Assembly (NCBI GenBank): GCA_965153285.1
Contig: OZ229114.1
Length of the DNA: 64,000 nt
Strand: one strand, 5' to 3'
DNA from: Podarcis tiliguerta
Taxonomy: Eukaryota
The notes under the pieces were generated by a model. That model saw nothing but the letters and a program-made list of their open reading frames with translations. It searched no databases and was not told the DNA's origin. Positions 1-13,100 of this stretch are shown here, piece by piece; positions within the stretch are counted from its first letter, which is position 1, and each line of letters opens with the position of its first letter. The position numbers and the translations under genes were made by a program.

Positions 1-99
1 TGGGAGGAACCCAAAGGCTGCTGTAAAGGGCAAAGAAGACTGCAGCCACTAATGAAATGATGTGGTCGCCCCATTCTGAAAAGTTGTGGGAGATTTAGG

Positions 100-117
100 G
101 TGTGTGTGTGTGTGTGT
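100..117. repeat. (GT)9 microsatellite
   Basis: Read directly. Confidence 0.9.
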
Positions 118-976
118 ATGCATGTATGTCTTGCAATCTTCTTCCCGTACTGTCTCCTCAGTTGGCATGGCCTCTTTTGTTGTCCCAGCATGGGCACTGG
201 TCAAGCTCAGCAGCAATTACATGGACATGCCTAGCAGTTTTAGTATTGCCTGGTGCCTTCAAACTAGACATAAACTGAAACATAGCACAAATCTTGTCAG
301 GCATGCAGCAGGTCCCCACTTACGTAAGGGGCTGTGCCGCCGTGGTTAGGAGTGGTCTCAAGGTCCCCGTCCCCCCCAAAGTCAATTAATTGGTTAAAAG
401 CAAGGCAATTTAATCAGCTATTTAACCACTCAGTATAAATAAGTACAGTATCTTAATGCAGGAAATATTTTTGGAGATGTTTAACACAGCGTCACTTTAC
501 TAAATAGGTAAATCATTAACTGTCTAGCAAATCATCTTAAGCCGTTGGCCCTGGTCCAAACAGCAGCTTCTGATATGGTGCATCTATGCAGGGTGTGGAG
601 GGGTGGCTGCTGTTCGGGGGGGGGGGGAATTAACAGCTCCATAGCTTTTCCCATGTGCTTCTGAGAATTGAAACCCTTGGGTAAATCAATAGGAGGACAT
701 AGATGTCAAAGGGACCTTTCACACTCTTTCCAATTAAGAGCGGCGTTTTATTTGCAATGAATTAATCACACCAGTTGATTAATATTCTCAGTTCTAATTG
801 CTGCTGATGCCTTTGGCCCTTTGATAAAGTGGGACACTTTATAATGGCGATATAAGGGCAGACTGAAATCTAGATTTCCCTGGAGAAACATAGGATAATG
901 TCTGCTTTCAAAATCTCCTATTCCATCACCATGCCGTCTCTTTCCACTGTGAACCCTTTGGCTTGTGCCTTGGCAG

Positions 977-1109
977 GTCAGGAGGAGACAAGCTGCTTCC
1001 CACGCCCTCAGTGTCCCCAGGAGTGCACTTGCCTAGACACTGTTGTTCGCTGCAGCAACAAGCACCTGAAATCCCTCCCCAAAGGGATCCCCAAGAACGT
1101 CACAGAGCT
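977..1109 (+). CDS. SLIT1: SLIT1 exon: LRRNT of LRR domain 4
   Basis: [45 protein letters not shown]; cag|GT ... CT|gtgagt. Confidence 0.95.
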
Positions 1110-4100
1110 GTGAGTAATGCTGCCTGGGCCCTTCTGCTGACGCTGCATCCAGGAAGAAGGGGCAATGTGGGCACTGGCACCCATGGATGAAGGGGCTGGG
1201 ACCAGCCTAGTGAGGGGCATGCAGCTTTATACCTTGCACTGTTCATCAGATCATCCTCAAAAGCTAAACACTGATCCAGTGCATGCCACATTCTCTGTGG
1301 GTTCAAAACTGGATGCCACTGAACTCTGAAGGGATTTTTTATTTAGGGGAATGAGTTCTGTGGCAGGTAGAAGTGGCCTGTAGTACTGTTAATTTACTCT
1401 GCAGCGTTAATGAATCCAATGTTGATATCCTAGAATCAAACATCTGGAAAACTGGAAGAAAGCATGGCAGCCTGAGACAAACATAGTTTCAGATTTAGGA
1501 GAGCACGTATGCCACCGTGTTAGAAATACAGGCGTGAAACACAGGCATTTGCACTTACAAGATAACTCTGATGGTTCTCCCTTAGCTGGCACCATTAACA
1601 GAGGAGCAGGGACAGTGCTTATCACTAGTTATAGCTTCTAGGTTTAGAGTCCTTTGAACACCATTGTTGGAAGTTTAACAGTCCTCTCCTGTATTGCTGC
1701 TGTGACCTCTGATGCATCCTTCATTGTCCTTGCAGCTACTTGGATGGCAACCAATTCACCCTGGTTCCTGGACAGCTCTCCACCTTCCGTTACCTACAGC
1801 TGGTGTAAGTATCTGAGAAGAAGTGGCCTCGCGTGGGTCTCCAAGAGCTTGCCATAGTCTTTTTTCCAGAGAGGCAGGAGATGGGCTGTGGGCTGTGGCC
1901 TCTTCTCAGACATTTGTGCAGCATGTCTGTGGAAATTTTTAGACCAGGCCTAGGTGGGGAGTGGTGCAACTCGTCCCTCAGTGGACGCTGATCAACTGAC
2001 TTGGCTCACATGGTATCAGCCTTTCACCAGTACAGAGGGGCTGGTTGGGGGTACAGGAGATCTTTGTGGAATCAGGTGGCCATTCTGTTTTCAGGCTCCC
2101 AGGAGAGCACCAAAGAGAATAAAGCAGGTGCAGAAAGACTGAGTGGCACCCAGATGTTGTATCTCCCACCTGGTTCTTCCATCAAAATGGAAAAAAAGCC
2201 TTTTCGTTAAAACACACACATACCATAGAGCTATATGGAAGCAGAGAAGCTTCTGAAAAACAACAAGAGGATGGTCAAAGAAGCTAGCATGGAGGATAAG
2301 AAATAATTTTTGTCTAAGGGAGAATTTGAGAGGAGGCATAGGACCTGAATTACATAAAATTGAGAGGAGGCATAGGACCTGAATTACATAAAATTATGCT
2401 TAACATATTAGCTTGTACAGCTGAAGAGGAGGTGAGAAGCATAAAGCATTAAAATTAACCATTAAATGTTTTTAGATTTTAGCCGCCTTGGTTATGGGGT
2501 CGCTAAAATGCAAATGCCGTACAACTAAAAAAGCTGGATTCTCTTGAGCAAGGTGCAGTTAACTCAGCTCAGGATATTGGATGAAGTAAATAATTATAAA
2601 AACGCCATCTAGTCCATCTGACTTGGGATTTGGAGTTCATCCATCTCTCTATTTACTTTGGTTTCCCTGGACATTAGAATAGCTTTGCTTTTCTGTTAAG
2701 GCACTGTGAGTCCTTTAGGAACTGATTTCAGTTCCCAAAGAGGTAGATTACCCTTCTGGCATCTTCTCATATGTGGTTCCTGGAATTTTCTGCATGATAT
2801 AGCCCTTTCCCCTGCCCCATTGACCCCACCTCACTGACTTTTCATCTCAAATGTTTGTTTATTGCCTGACTAAGGAATTCCAAAGGACCCTTCACAGTTT
2901 ATTTCATTTGCTGGCTGTTGAAATGCAGCTGAGTCTTAAGTCTTAAGCACACTGACTCCAAGATTCACTCCATGCTCTGCAGGTCATCTTGTGGCTTTCC
3001 CTGGCCTTCAGAGCATGTGCACTGCTAGATTTCCTTCTTCCTACATGATACAGCTTATCAAGATTCCTTTCTAGCAGCACCAGACAGAGGAGAGATTAGA
3101 AGAATTAGCTGACATCATGCAGTCATCGGCCCAGAGCTGTTGCCAAAGGAGAAGGCAGATTTGAAGATGCCACCAGGGCTGCATCTGCTGGATGTTCAGT
3201 CTGTGGAGCCACTGTTCACATGAGAGTGTCCTTAGATATGCAAAAGACTGTAGAGATTGAATGCAGAAATCTGGGAAGGACAGAATTGTTCCATCCCTAT
3301 TTTATCCAATGGAAATAGGGACATCCCATTCCATAATGATTATTTTACTATTTTTACCCCACACATCTTATTGGGTTGCCCCAGCACTCTGGGCAGCTTC
3401 CAACATACATTAAATAATAATAAAACATTATTTTTTTTAAAAAAAATCTTCCCTGTACAGGATTGCCTTCCAATGGCTTGGGAGTTGGATAACTCCATAT
3501 ACCCTCCAACATTTCTCCAATGAAAATAGGGATATCCTAAGGAAAAGCAGGACATTCTGGGATCAAATCAGAAACCAGGATGGCTTCTCTAAATCAGGGA
3601 CTTCCCTGGAAAATAGGGACACTTGGAGGGTCTGTTCTATAGGAAGAGAGAGTTAAATGCGATGTGAGCTTGCACGGTGCTTTTGTCTTACAGGGATCTG
3701 AGCAACAACAAGATCAGCTCTCTCAGCAACTCATCCTTCACCAATATGAGCCAGCTCACCACTCTGTGAGTGCCCAATACAGCATTTGAACAGCAGATCA
3801 GAAAGGGAGGATGTCCTACTGCCTCCAGCAAAAAGAGGCCTCCTCTACAGGGAGAGAAATGCCTTTTTAAATGACTGATGTTACAGTATACTGGCTTATA
3901 CTGTGCAAAGCATGGTAGAAATGCCATTGATCCCTGGGGTCTACTGCCTGGCCAAAGAGAACATCAATTGATGGGGTGGCAGTTGCTGGTTCCAACTAAC
4001 TAAACAGGAATGGATGCCTCCTGCAGTTCATTCTTGTCTACAAAGTGTTCTGTGACAACAACTACTTATAATCTGGAATTTGCTTAAATCCATGTGACCC

Positions 4101-7100
4101 ATACACATGTACTCGTCTGTTCCCATCCTGATATTAGCTTATAAATCCTAAAGCTGCTACATCATCATTAACATTAGGTTAGGAGGTTTCTTTCTGTCCT
4201 ATTGACTGTGGTGTTCAGTTTCTGAGTTCCAAGCTTAAGGGTCAACCAGAAGGGCTGGAAACTTATTTTCATTTAAAAGACAAATGTAGGACTGAACACT
4301 TCAGTCAATAAATACAATTAAATTGTTTTCTGGCAGCCAGAGCCTTGAAATTACAGGATTTTAGTGGGATTTCAGTCATCCCAATTGAAAGGGGGCTGGT
4401 GACACATATTGTTGATTGATAATATATTTAAAATCATCTTAGCAGTAAATAGAATGCCACTGCTATTTAACTGAAAGACACACATCCATTAAAAAAAAAA
4501 AAAGAGTTGAACTGGATAGTTGAACGGAGTTGAATAGAAGTAATGTAGAAAGTGAAAATCCTTCATTGGCCAGCAGACCCTATTATTTTCTGTGTTGCCA
4601 TCAAAGTTGCAATTTTAGACTTGTGTCAAGTACTTGACCAATCTGGAGAGAGTATGAACTTCATGGGTTGTTAGCATCGTCATTGAGTGGAATCCAACCA
4701 TACCCCAAGAACACACTGTGCCCCAGTTTATGTGAGTTGCCCATTAGAGAATCTTGAAAGAAACAATGGCTTAGCTCCTAAGGTGTGCTAACTTAGGGAA
4801 CTTCACAGAAGGAAATTTTCCTGTCCCCGCCCCCTGCTGTGCCCTGCAAAAAGCCTGTCAGTAGGCTTGGTGGGGGTGTCTCCTGAACAATGGGGGTTTG
4901 GGCACAGAGGTTTGCTGGGGGAGGAAAGGCCAGGAGGGTTTCCTTCTGTGAATTTTCATAGCTTACCTTAGGATCTGAGTCCAATTTTAGGGAGACCCCC
5001 CACCCCACCTGCAGGAGAAGCGTTTTTGATGGGCACAGGGAGAAGGAGGGAAGGGAAACTTTCCTTCCTTTAACTAATGTGGGGCTGGGGGAGGGATATC
5101 AGACAGTATGTGGGCTGGGTGGTTTTTTTTAGGAATGTGTGATGATTCAAACTCTTCCTTCTCTCCCCCATCCCTCAGGATCCTCAGCTACAATGCCCTG
5201 CAGTGTATCCCTCCCCTGGCCTTTGAGGGTCTCCGTTCGCTACGGCTGCTGTAGGTACCTTGTATTCCTGTATTCCCCTATGCCCCAGTTCAAGGAGAAT
5301 CCCCTCACTGGAGTCTGACTTTGGCCTAATTCCTGGGAAACTGTTACCTTAAGAAGTGAACAGCCAGGCAATTGGTAGTGGAGGGAGAACAATGGGCCGA
5401 GGGACCCTCCACTTGCCTAGTTTGTGTGTGTTATGTGTCATATGGACATCCACTTTGCTCTCCTTGTTTCTTTGGCTAGTTAGGGCTCAGCCACGCATCA
5501 TCTGGGCATAGAGCAGGCAGTCTATCATAAGTCCGCGGGTTCGTAATCCAGTGCTTGACATATGATGCAGATGGTAAAGGGGGGAGGAGTCTGAAAACCC
5601 CAATTCCTGACTTCCCTGGTTTTAGGCAGATCCTGCTCCCCTAACCTTCTTAAAGGGTCCATCACAACAGGTAAGACAGGTGGGTCCCGCAGTCCAGGAC
5701 ACTGAGAATGCTACTTTTGTTTTGTGCACAGGTCCCTCCATGGAAATGATATTGCTACACTTCCTGAGGGGATATTTGCTGATGTCATCTCCCTATCTCA
5801 CCTGTGAGTATTTGCATCAGTTTGAACACCCATTTTTCCTCTTGCACGAGAATCCCAGCTTGGCACTACTACCTGATGCTCTGTGGGACAGTACTTGGAA
5901 GGCAAAAGCTAGAAAGCATCCTTTGTTTCCCATTGTTTATCCACCAGGTCAGAGAATGATGCTAGGCAGGGGTAAAGCCTATTTTCATTTTGGTGTGATG
6001 GCTGCCTTGGCTGACGTGATGGCAGGTGTTGTGTGCTCTGCATGCTGAACAGCAGCAGGAACTGGCCTGGTTCTGTTTTCTTGCAATGTTGCTAAAGTTT
6101 CTATTGGCACCTTTTATCAGGAAGCAGCAACCAAGCTTGCAATCCTGCAGTGTGCACCTCTTGAGTAAGGCAAAGGAGTTAGCAAGTACACCCCCCCCCC
6201 CAGGCTGTACTGGCTCTTAATGCCCAGTTGGCTGTGAGTGGGGTGGGGGAAGGAAGTTTGGGAGGAAGTTGTGCTGTGCCTCTTGTCTTCTACTGCACTT
6301 CAGAATAATGCAGGAGAAACCAGAGTAGACCAGCACCCCAATGCTATAAAGCACTGCAACAGACTCTACCTGGGTTAGAGTCTAAGGAGAAGGATGGGGA
6401 AAGGTACATTTGGAGGAAGACAGGGGTATGGGTTTTTTTAGGGTTTTTTTCCCCCAGCAGGACCCTCAGCCTGCAGAGCAATTTCAGCCTTCAGAGTAAA
6501 TTGTTTCTCAATTTACATACAGCTGAAAAGATTTTAGATATGCTAATAAGCAGCACCTCTAGGCAAGGCGGCAACCCTGGGGACTACCTCTATGTGCGTT
6601 CATCACTCAGCACCCGCACCCTGAAGTGATGAGTGGTACCAACACCCTGCATTTCGGTGGCTGCAATTTGCACATTTAGCTGCATCTTATTGAGTGATGT
6701 CGTCAGGAACTGAGATAGCAAGTTGCAAGCCGGCATGTGTGAATCATACCTTTAAGAACAGTATGAAGAAGGAGAGAGACTACAGTGGTATCTCGGGTTA
6801 AGAACTTAATTCGTTCTGGAGGTCTGTTCTTAACCTGAAACTGTTCTTAACCTGAGGTTAAGACTTTAACCACTTTAGCTAATGGGGCCTCCCGCTGCCG
6901 CCATACCACCACCGTGCGATTTCTGTTCTCATCCTGAAGCAAAGTTCTTAACCTGAGGTGCTATTTTTGGAGTCTGTAACTTGAAGCGTCTGTAATCTGA
7001 AGCATCTGTAACCCGAGGTAGTACTGCACCTCAGATTGCAGCTATTTTGCTCTCTCTATGAGGGCAGTTTCAGAGTGTGAAAATAGAAACCTTACTTATT

Positions 7101-10100
7101 AATCAGTTCCACGGCCACTAGAGGCAGCCAAAGAGATGAAATGCAATGAATGACAGCCCCCCTCCAGACCTTAAGGAGTTATGTAGAGATTCTGGTTCTC
7201 CCTGCTTCACAGAGCCATCGGTGCCAACCCACTGCACTGTGACTGCCACATGCGCTGGCTCTCAGGCTGGGTCAAAACTGGCTACAAGGAGCCTGGCATT
7301 GCCCGCTGTGCTGGCCCTGCGGATATGGAGGGCAAACTGCTGCTCACCACTCCTGCCAAGAAGTTTGAGTGCCTAGGTAAGTGAATAAATACGTTATAGG
7401 ATACTCTATACTTTATTCATTTTGTAGAGCAGCTTTGTCCAAACAATGGCTCTTTCTGGTCCACCCTACCCTGCCCAGTTGCTCTTTGGTCCTCTTCCCT
7501 TTCCCAACCAAACTGGGACCGAGGTTGGGGCACCTTAGCTCCAAGGCAGGTCAGGTGAACAGTTTGGGTAACTCCAAGTACTATAGGGCTTGGGCCTGTG
7601 GGTTGAGCATGAGGCACATAGTGAGGGAGCATGAGGGTTGTTAATGTGCGAGGAGGGGGGAGATGAAAGGAAGGGCTTTATGCTAGTGATTGGAACTGTG
7701 GTGAGGCTTGTGCAACTTCTGTGTCTCACCACATTGCCCACACATGTGCTACTCCTATCATGTTTGGTCCATAGTGTTGAGAAGGTAAGATGAGTGTCTT
7801 GGTGAAGGAAGACCTGGAGGAAGGACACAGGCTGGAGGCTATGTTGCCTCCTCCTTCCATAGCCTTCTCATCCAGCTAAGTCACTAGAGACAAATCCATC
7901 CTAGCTGACGTGGTAAGAGTGTCTATATAGGAGCACTCCAACTGTTCGCATCTTCCAGCTTGTTCCTGGCCTCTCTATATGGCAAACCCCATTGGACTGT
8001 TTGTTCATCGTCCAAAGGTCTTTCCCATCAGTTGCCACCCAGCCCCCCCCCTTTTTAAAAACTGGAGGAGCCAGGGATTGAACCTAGGAAATTCTGCATG
8101 CAACGCATGTGTCCCAGCACTGAGCTATAGGGCCTACTATTTAAAGAAGAAAAACAAGTAAGCACAACCTGGCTTTGTGCCACGGAGTGGGGTGGGCAGA
8201 CTCTCCTTTCAGAACTCCTCCATCTGTTAATATATATTCAGCTCCACCATTAATCCGTTTGCGATCTCCTCTATGTTTCTGGCAAGTGCCTTGCAAAAGA
8301 TTCTGGCCAAGAAGGGGGACAGTCTTCACAGGAGGATGTGTGGAAATCCTCCCTCCCGTTCAGTGATTCTTTGGCTCTGACCCCAATTCCTAGTTGTCTG
8401 GTTTCTTTCATCTATGCAGGGCCTCCTCCCCTCATCATCCAGGCCAAGTGTAACCCCTGCCTCTCCAGTCCTTGTCAAAACAGGGGCACATGTCAACAAG
8501 ACCCTTTGGACTCTTACCGCTGTATCTGCCCCAGTGGCTACAAGGTGAGAAGAGGGATGGGGAGAAGGAGAGGGTGACTAGGGAGGGTGAAGAGATCATT
8601 GACAAAGGGAAGGATTGGGCCTTCTCCCTGCTTTGGGGACCATAGCCTCTGACAGCTTGTGTCGACCAAAAGAAAAAGGCTCAGAGAAGGACCAAGACAT
8701 GGTGGAAGGAACCCATTCTCCAGTTTGACAACCAGCCTAGTTTATCACTGCCATCAGGAATGGGCGAGATACACTCTCAGTCCCTACTGATTGGACCTAG
8801 AGCTGCCACTATTTCTGGGGGTGGGAGTGGGGAATGTGGAACTGGCTGTTTCATCTGAATGTTCGCCAGATGTTTTGCACTAGCGTGCCCATTGTCCCTG
8901 ATCATGATGGAAACTGAACTTCAAAACTTACAGAGGACGCTTGGTTGGGAAGGCAGCTCTTGACTCATAGCTATAAAGGAAATCCTGGTGGCGAAAACAA
9001 GCAAACCCAAAAAGGACAGCCTGCATTATGTATAGGCAGCAATTCCTATTACTATTATTTTGTTCTTTTATGGCTGATGAGCAAGACTGAGAAACCTCAC
9101 GTCCTGGCCAGAGCTTTATCATTTGTTCTTTGTATTGTGGCTGCTACTTCTCCTTGTCTTATTCCAGGGCCAAAACTGTGAACTCTCTGTGGATGGCTGC
9201 TCCAGCAGGCCCTGTGAGAATGGTGGGACCTGCCTGTCTCACGAAGGCAGTGAAGCCAGCTTCACGTGAGTGGCTGCTCAGGTTCTCAAATGGGGGGAAA
9301 TGGTAAAGATTTTGGTAGGGACTTTGGGGAAGAGTTTAGGGCAAGAATTAGAAGAAAGCAAAAGGAAGAGTTTGGGGCATGACAAGGAGAATAAAGAGAG
9401 CAGGTCTCCCTAAGAAAATGGAACCTGATGGGGCTTGAAAGGAGAAAATAGGGGGAAGGGGAGTGGGGGTTGGCCAGCTGATGGGCTTGAGAGAGTTTCA
9501 TACCTTGTTCTGTGAGGCTTTGGTGGTATGTGGTGGAGATGAGAGCACCTCTTCAGCAGTAAAAAAAGGGGAGAGGAGGAGAAGTGGGAGCCCACAGGGA
9601 TGTTACTGGGTAGAGAGAGATGAGGTTTCTTTGATATCCAAAGGATTCCTAATTGGTAAGGCAAAAAGCATCATTTTTTATGCTTACCTTGGGCTTAAAA
9701 ATTAGTATAAAAGCAAAGAAGGCAAAACCTGTCTTCCTGGCAGTGAATGAATGTAAAGAAATTAAAATGGTGTCTAAGATGTTTGCAAAATGGCTTCTTA
9801 CAAATGCATCTTAATCTGCTGCTTATATGAGTTGGAGAAAAGAGATTAACGTATCTTTTGGACTCTGCAGACAAGAGCCTCAGGCGATCAAAACTTCTTG
9901 ATTAGTAATCGTGAGAGTGATATTTTGGTGGCCATATCCTTGTTTATGGTGCTCTTTCGTTTACTTCTAAATTTACAAATTATAAGGGAGGAATGGCAGA
10001 GATTTACAGTGAAAGGAGACAATGAATTTGCCAGGGACTTTTGCAGCTCAGCTTGCTTGGAACATGTGAGCTTGGCTTCTGTAATGGAGTCTCTCTTGAG

Positions 10101-13100
10101 GCCCCTCCAGACTAAAACCAACGTCCTTCTGAGGTGCAGGCCATCATAACAAAAGCTGGATGTTTTTAGGGGTGCTTTGTAACAGATTTGGGAAAAAGAT
10201 TTGGGAAGCACTCTGTTGATACTGTGCAAAAAGGCACTCTTTACCCTCCACCAAGATTGTCCACCACCACAATCACTAATCCTGGAAGCCGTAGTCAGTT
10301 TCTTTCTGTAAAAATGGGTTGGGACCCGGCAGGGGAAACCTTTTAAGACGTATACAGCCTCTTGGGGAGCTGTAGCTCTGGTTTGCAGTTGGACTTCAAT
10401 GCACAGGGCTCCTCCCCACTTCACTCTCCAGAGTACAGTGTGGGTGGCTTTCTGGGAAACAGACCATAATTAGTGGCTGAAAATAAACCACAGGCAGTAG
10501 AGAGAGAATGGGGCCCTAGCCCTTTCTGTGTACCCAAATTGCCAAGATGCTAAATGGCCTCTCATCCCGTCACCATAACAACCCAGCATCTTCAAAGCCA
10601 GCACATAATGTCCTTTGGGGGTTGACAAAGCTGTTTGCGTGCACATGCCAGACTAGATTCTGCCTTTGGGGAAAGGTAGTAGGCAGGGAGATGAGCCCTC
10701 CAGGAAAGGATATCAGGACCCTCAGCCTGCAGAGCAACTCAATATGCCAGAGACGGAAGGTCATCAGTTCTTCCACCTCTGCTTCCTCTTCCAGCTAAAT
10801 AGGCTACAGGCAGTATAAATGGAAATGACAGCATACGCCGCACAACTCACCTGTGCTTTTAGTACAACAGACCCCCTCCCAACACGCAAATATATGTGAA
10901 TGCAATGCATCCCTTTCCTGATGTGTGCACAGATGTGACATGGTGCACGTAAATGAATGTCAAGTTCAGATCCACGCAGTACACAGCCAGGCACATGCAT
11001 GCATACATAGCACCACGTGCATCATGTGCATAGAACTGTAGATACAGCACACACACTGATCTAGCTTGAGCATGCAAATGCAGCCATAGGTATAGCTTTG
11101 AAAATTGATTTTATTTGCCTGTTTGCTGGTTTACATTTTTATTTAAAATAGTTGTATACTGCCCTTCATGAAAATGGATTTCAGGGTGGTTTATATAAAA
11201 AAATTCAACAACCAGAGAAAAATACAGTGAACACACCCGAAACCACTGCTGAGTAGCAAGAAACAGTTAAGTGACAATACTTAAACAAACATTTAGGCAC
11301 ATTTAACATTGAGTCTCATATCCTCTGGCTTCTCACATCTGTGTCTTTTTCTTGCCCATCCCAAGGCTCCTCTTTTCTTCTTCTTCTTCTTTAACCCCTC
11401 CCCTGCCCTGCCTGTTCCACTACTCAACTTAAAGCCCCTCCAAGTCATAGCTGTCAACTTTTCCCTTTTCTTGCGAGGTATCCTATTTGGAATAAGGGAA
11501 TTTCCCTTTTAAAAAGGGAAAGTTGACAGCTATACTCCAAGTGTGCCTGCCCAGAACTCTCCTGGAAACAATAATCTCTTTAACCCCTTCTATGCCGAGT
11601 GGTCCTCCAAAGTGGATCAATCTACACCCTACCAATCAGAGATGAAAGTGTCTCAGGTTCAAGACAGTGCAATATTCAGAACCATTGGCGGAGCATTGAA
11701 TGTTCTTCTGGCAAAGCCCTGACTTCCTTTCGCGCTTCTTTGGGCTCTTTTCGAGAATGATAAAGAAAAACCGCCCACAAAACCCCTGAAATGCCCCAAA
11801 GCAAGCAGCTTCTAACCTCTCAGTTTGTTAAACAACCCTCATTTCCCTTTTGACAGGTGTTCCTGCGTGGATGGATTTGAAGGTCCAACCTGCAGTCTAA
11901 GGACCAACAACTGCAACAATAACAATTGCAAGAACGGTGCCACATGCATTAATGGATCCAGCAATTACACATGCTTATGCCTTCCGTTCTTCACAGGTAG
12001 GGCCAGGCTTGTAATGGAGGCGGATGCGCTTGAAGAGAAGCAGAAGAGAGCTAAGGTAGCAAAGCACAAACTTCTAAGCTGGTCAGTGCCAGAGGCAGGT
12101 TTATCCTAAGGATCTGACTACAGTGCCCAACATTTACTTTTTTTAGTTTAGTGGTAGCACCTCTCCTTCACCAATACCTGAAGATACCCCAATGCATTTT
12201 TTTTAACTAACTCTAGCTTCCCAAGTAGTAGTTCCCACTTCCCTGCCAGGTTAGTATCTAGCCTGTGAACAATAGAAGGAGATCCACCTATACCCTGGTT
12301 GAATATTGAGTCATGGGTTTGGGAGTTAGATACAAATAACAGCATTCTGGGCTGAAGCATGAGACTATAAATATTTTATTTTAAATTATTTCATAAAATG
12401 TATTGTCAAAAGAAAAACCACCCCTCAAAGTAGTTTGGCATCTATTGTATGAATGGAAGTTTGCCATACCTTATCTCACAGTGCTTCTAGTGGGCTGCCC
12501 ATAAGATAGGGTTGCCATACGTCTGGAATTTCCTGGACATATCTGGAATATTGTAGTAGATCCCGCTAAGTTGTCCGGGAAAATCTGGACGTATGGCAGC
12601 CCATGATGGCAGGGTCGTTTTTGCTGATTTCCTTAAAAACTAACTTAAAAACTTCATGTGAAAGCTCAACAACTTTGGGCAAACTAAGGAAAGCTCAATA
12701 ACTTTGCGGGTCCAGATTTTCACTGTTTGAAATATAGAAATCCTCCCATAAGTTGTTGGTTCTGTTGCACAAATGCAAGTGATGGGACTTCCCTTCTCTG
12801 CCCTTTCCTTGGGGGAGCTGGTTCAGCCAAATGCAGACTGGGCCCGGGGGACATGGGGCCTGAGCCTGCTTCTCTCTACTTTTCTCTCCTTCCTGCAGGG
12901 ACTTACTGTGAGCAGCTCTTGGATGTCTGCTCCCTGGAGCTTAGCCCCTGCCAGCATGATGCCGTGTGCAGGGTTACCCCTGATGGGCCCAAGTGAGTGA
13001 TTTAGCAGCTACCACGGTGGCATGGGGGGAAGCAGAAAAATGTAAACCTACAGCAAACCAGGGGAAGTGCAATAGACTTCTAAAGTGGATAGGAAAGGGA

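Noticed and set aside
9690-10424. 178-aa minus ORF and + strand peptides REEWQRF / IWEKDLG, faintly like an L1-clade ORF2
   Set aside because: There are no RT or endonuclease motifs and the motif order is inconsistent. It cannot be assigned without a Dfam or tBLASTn search.
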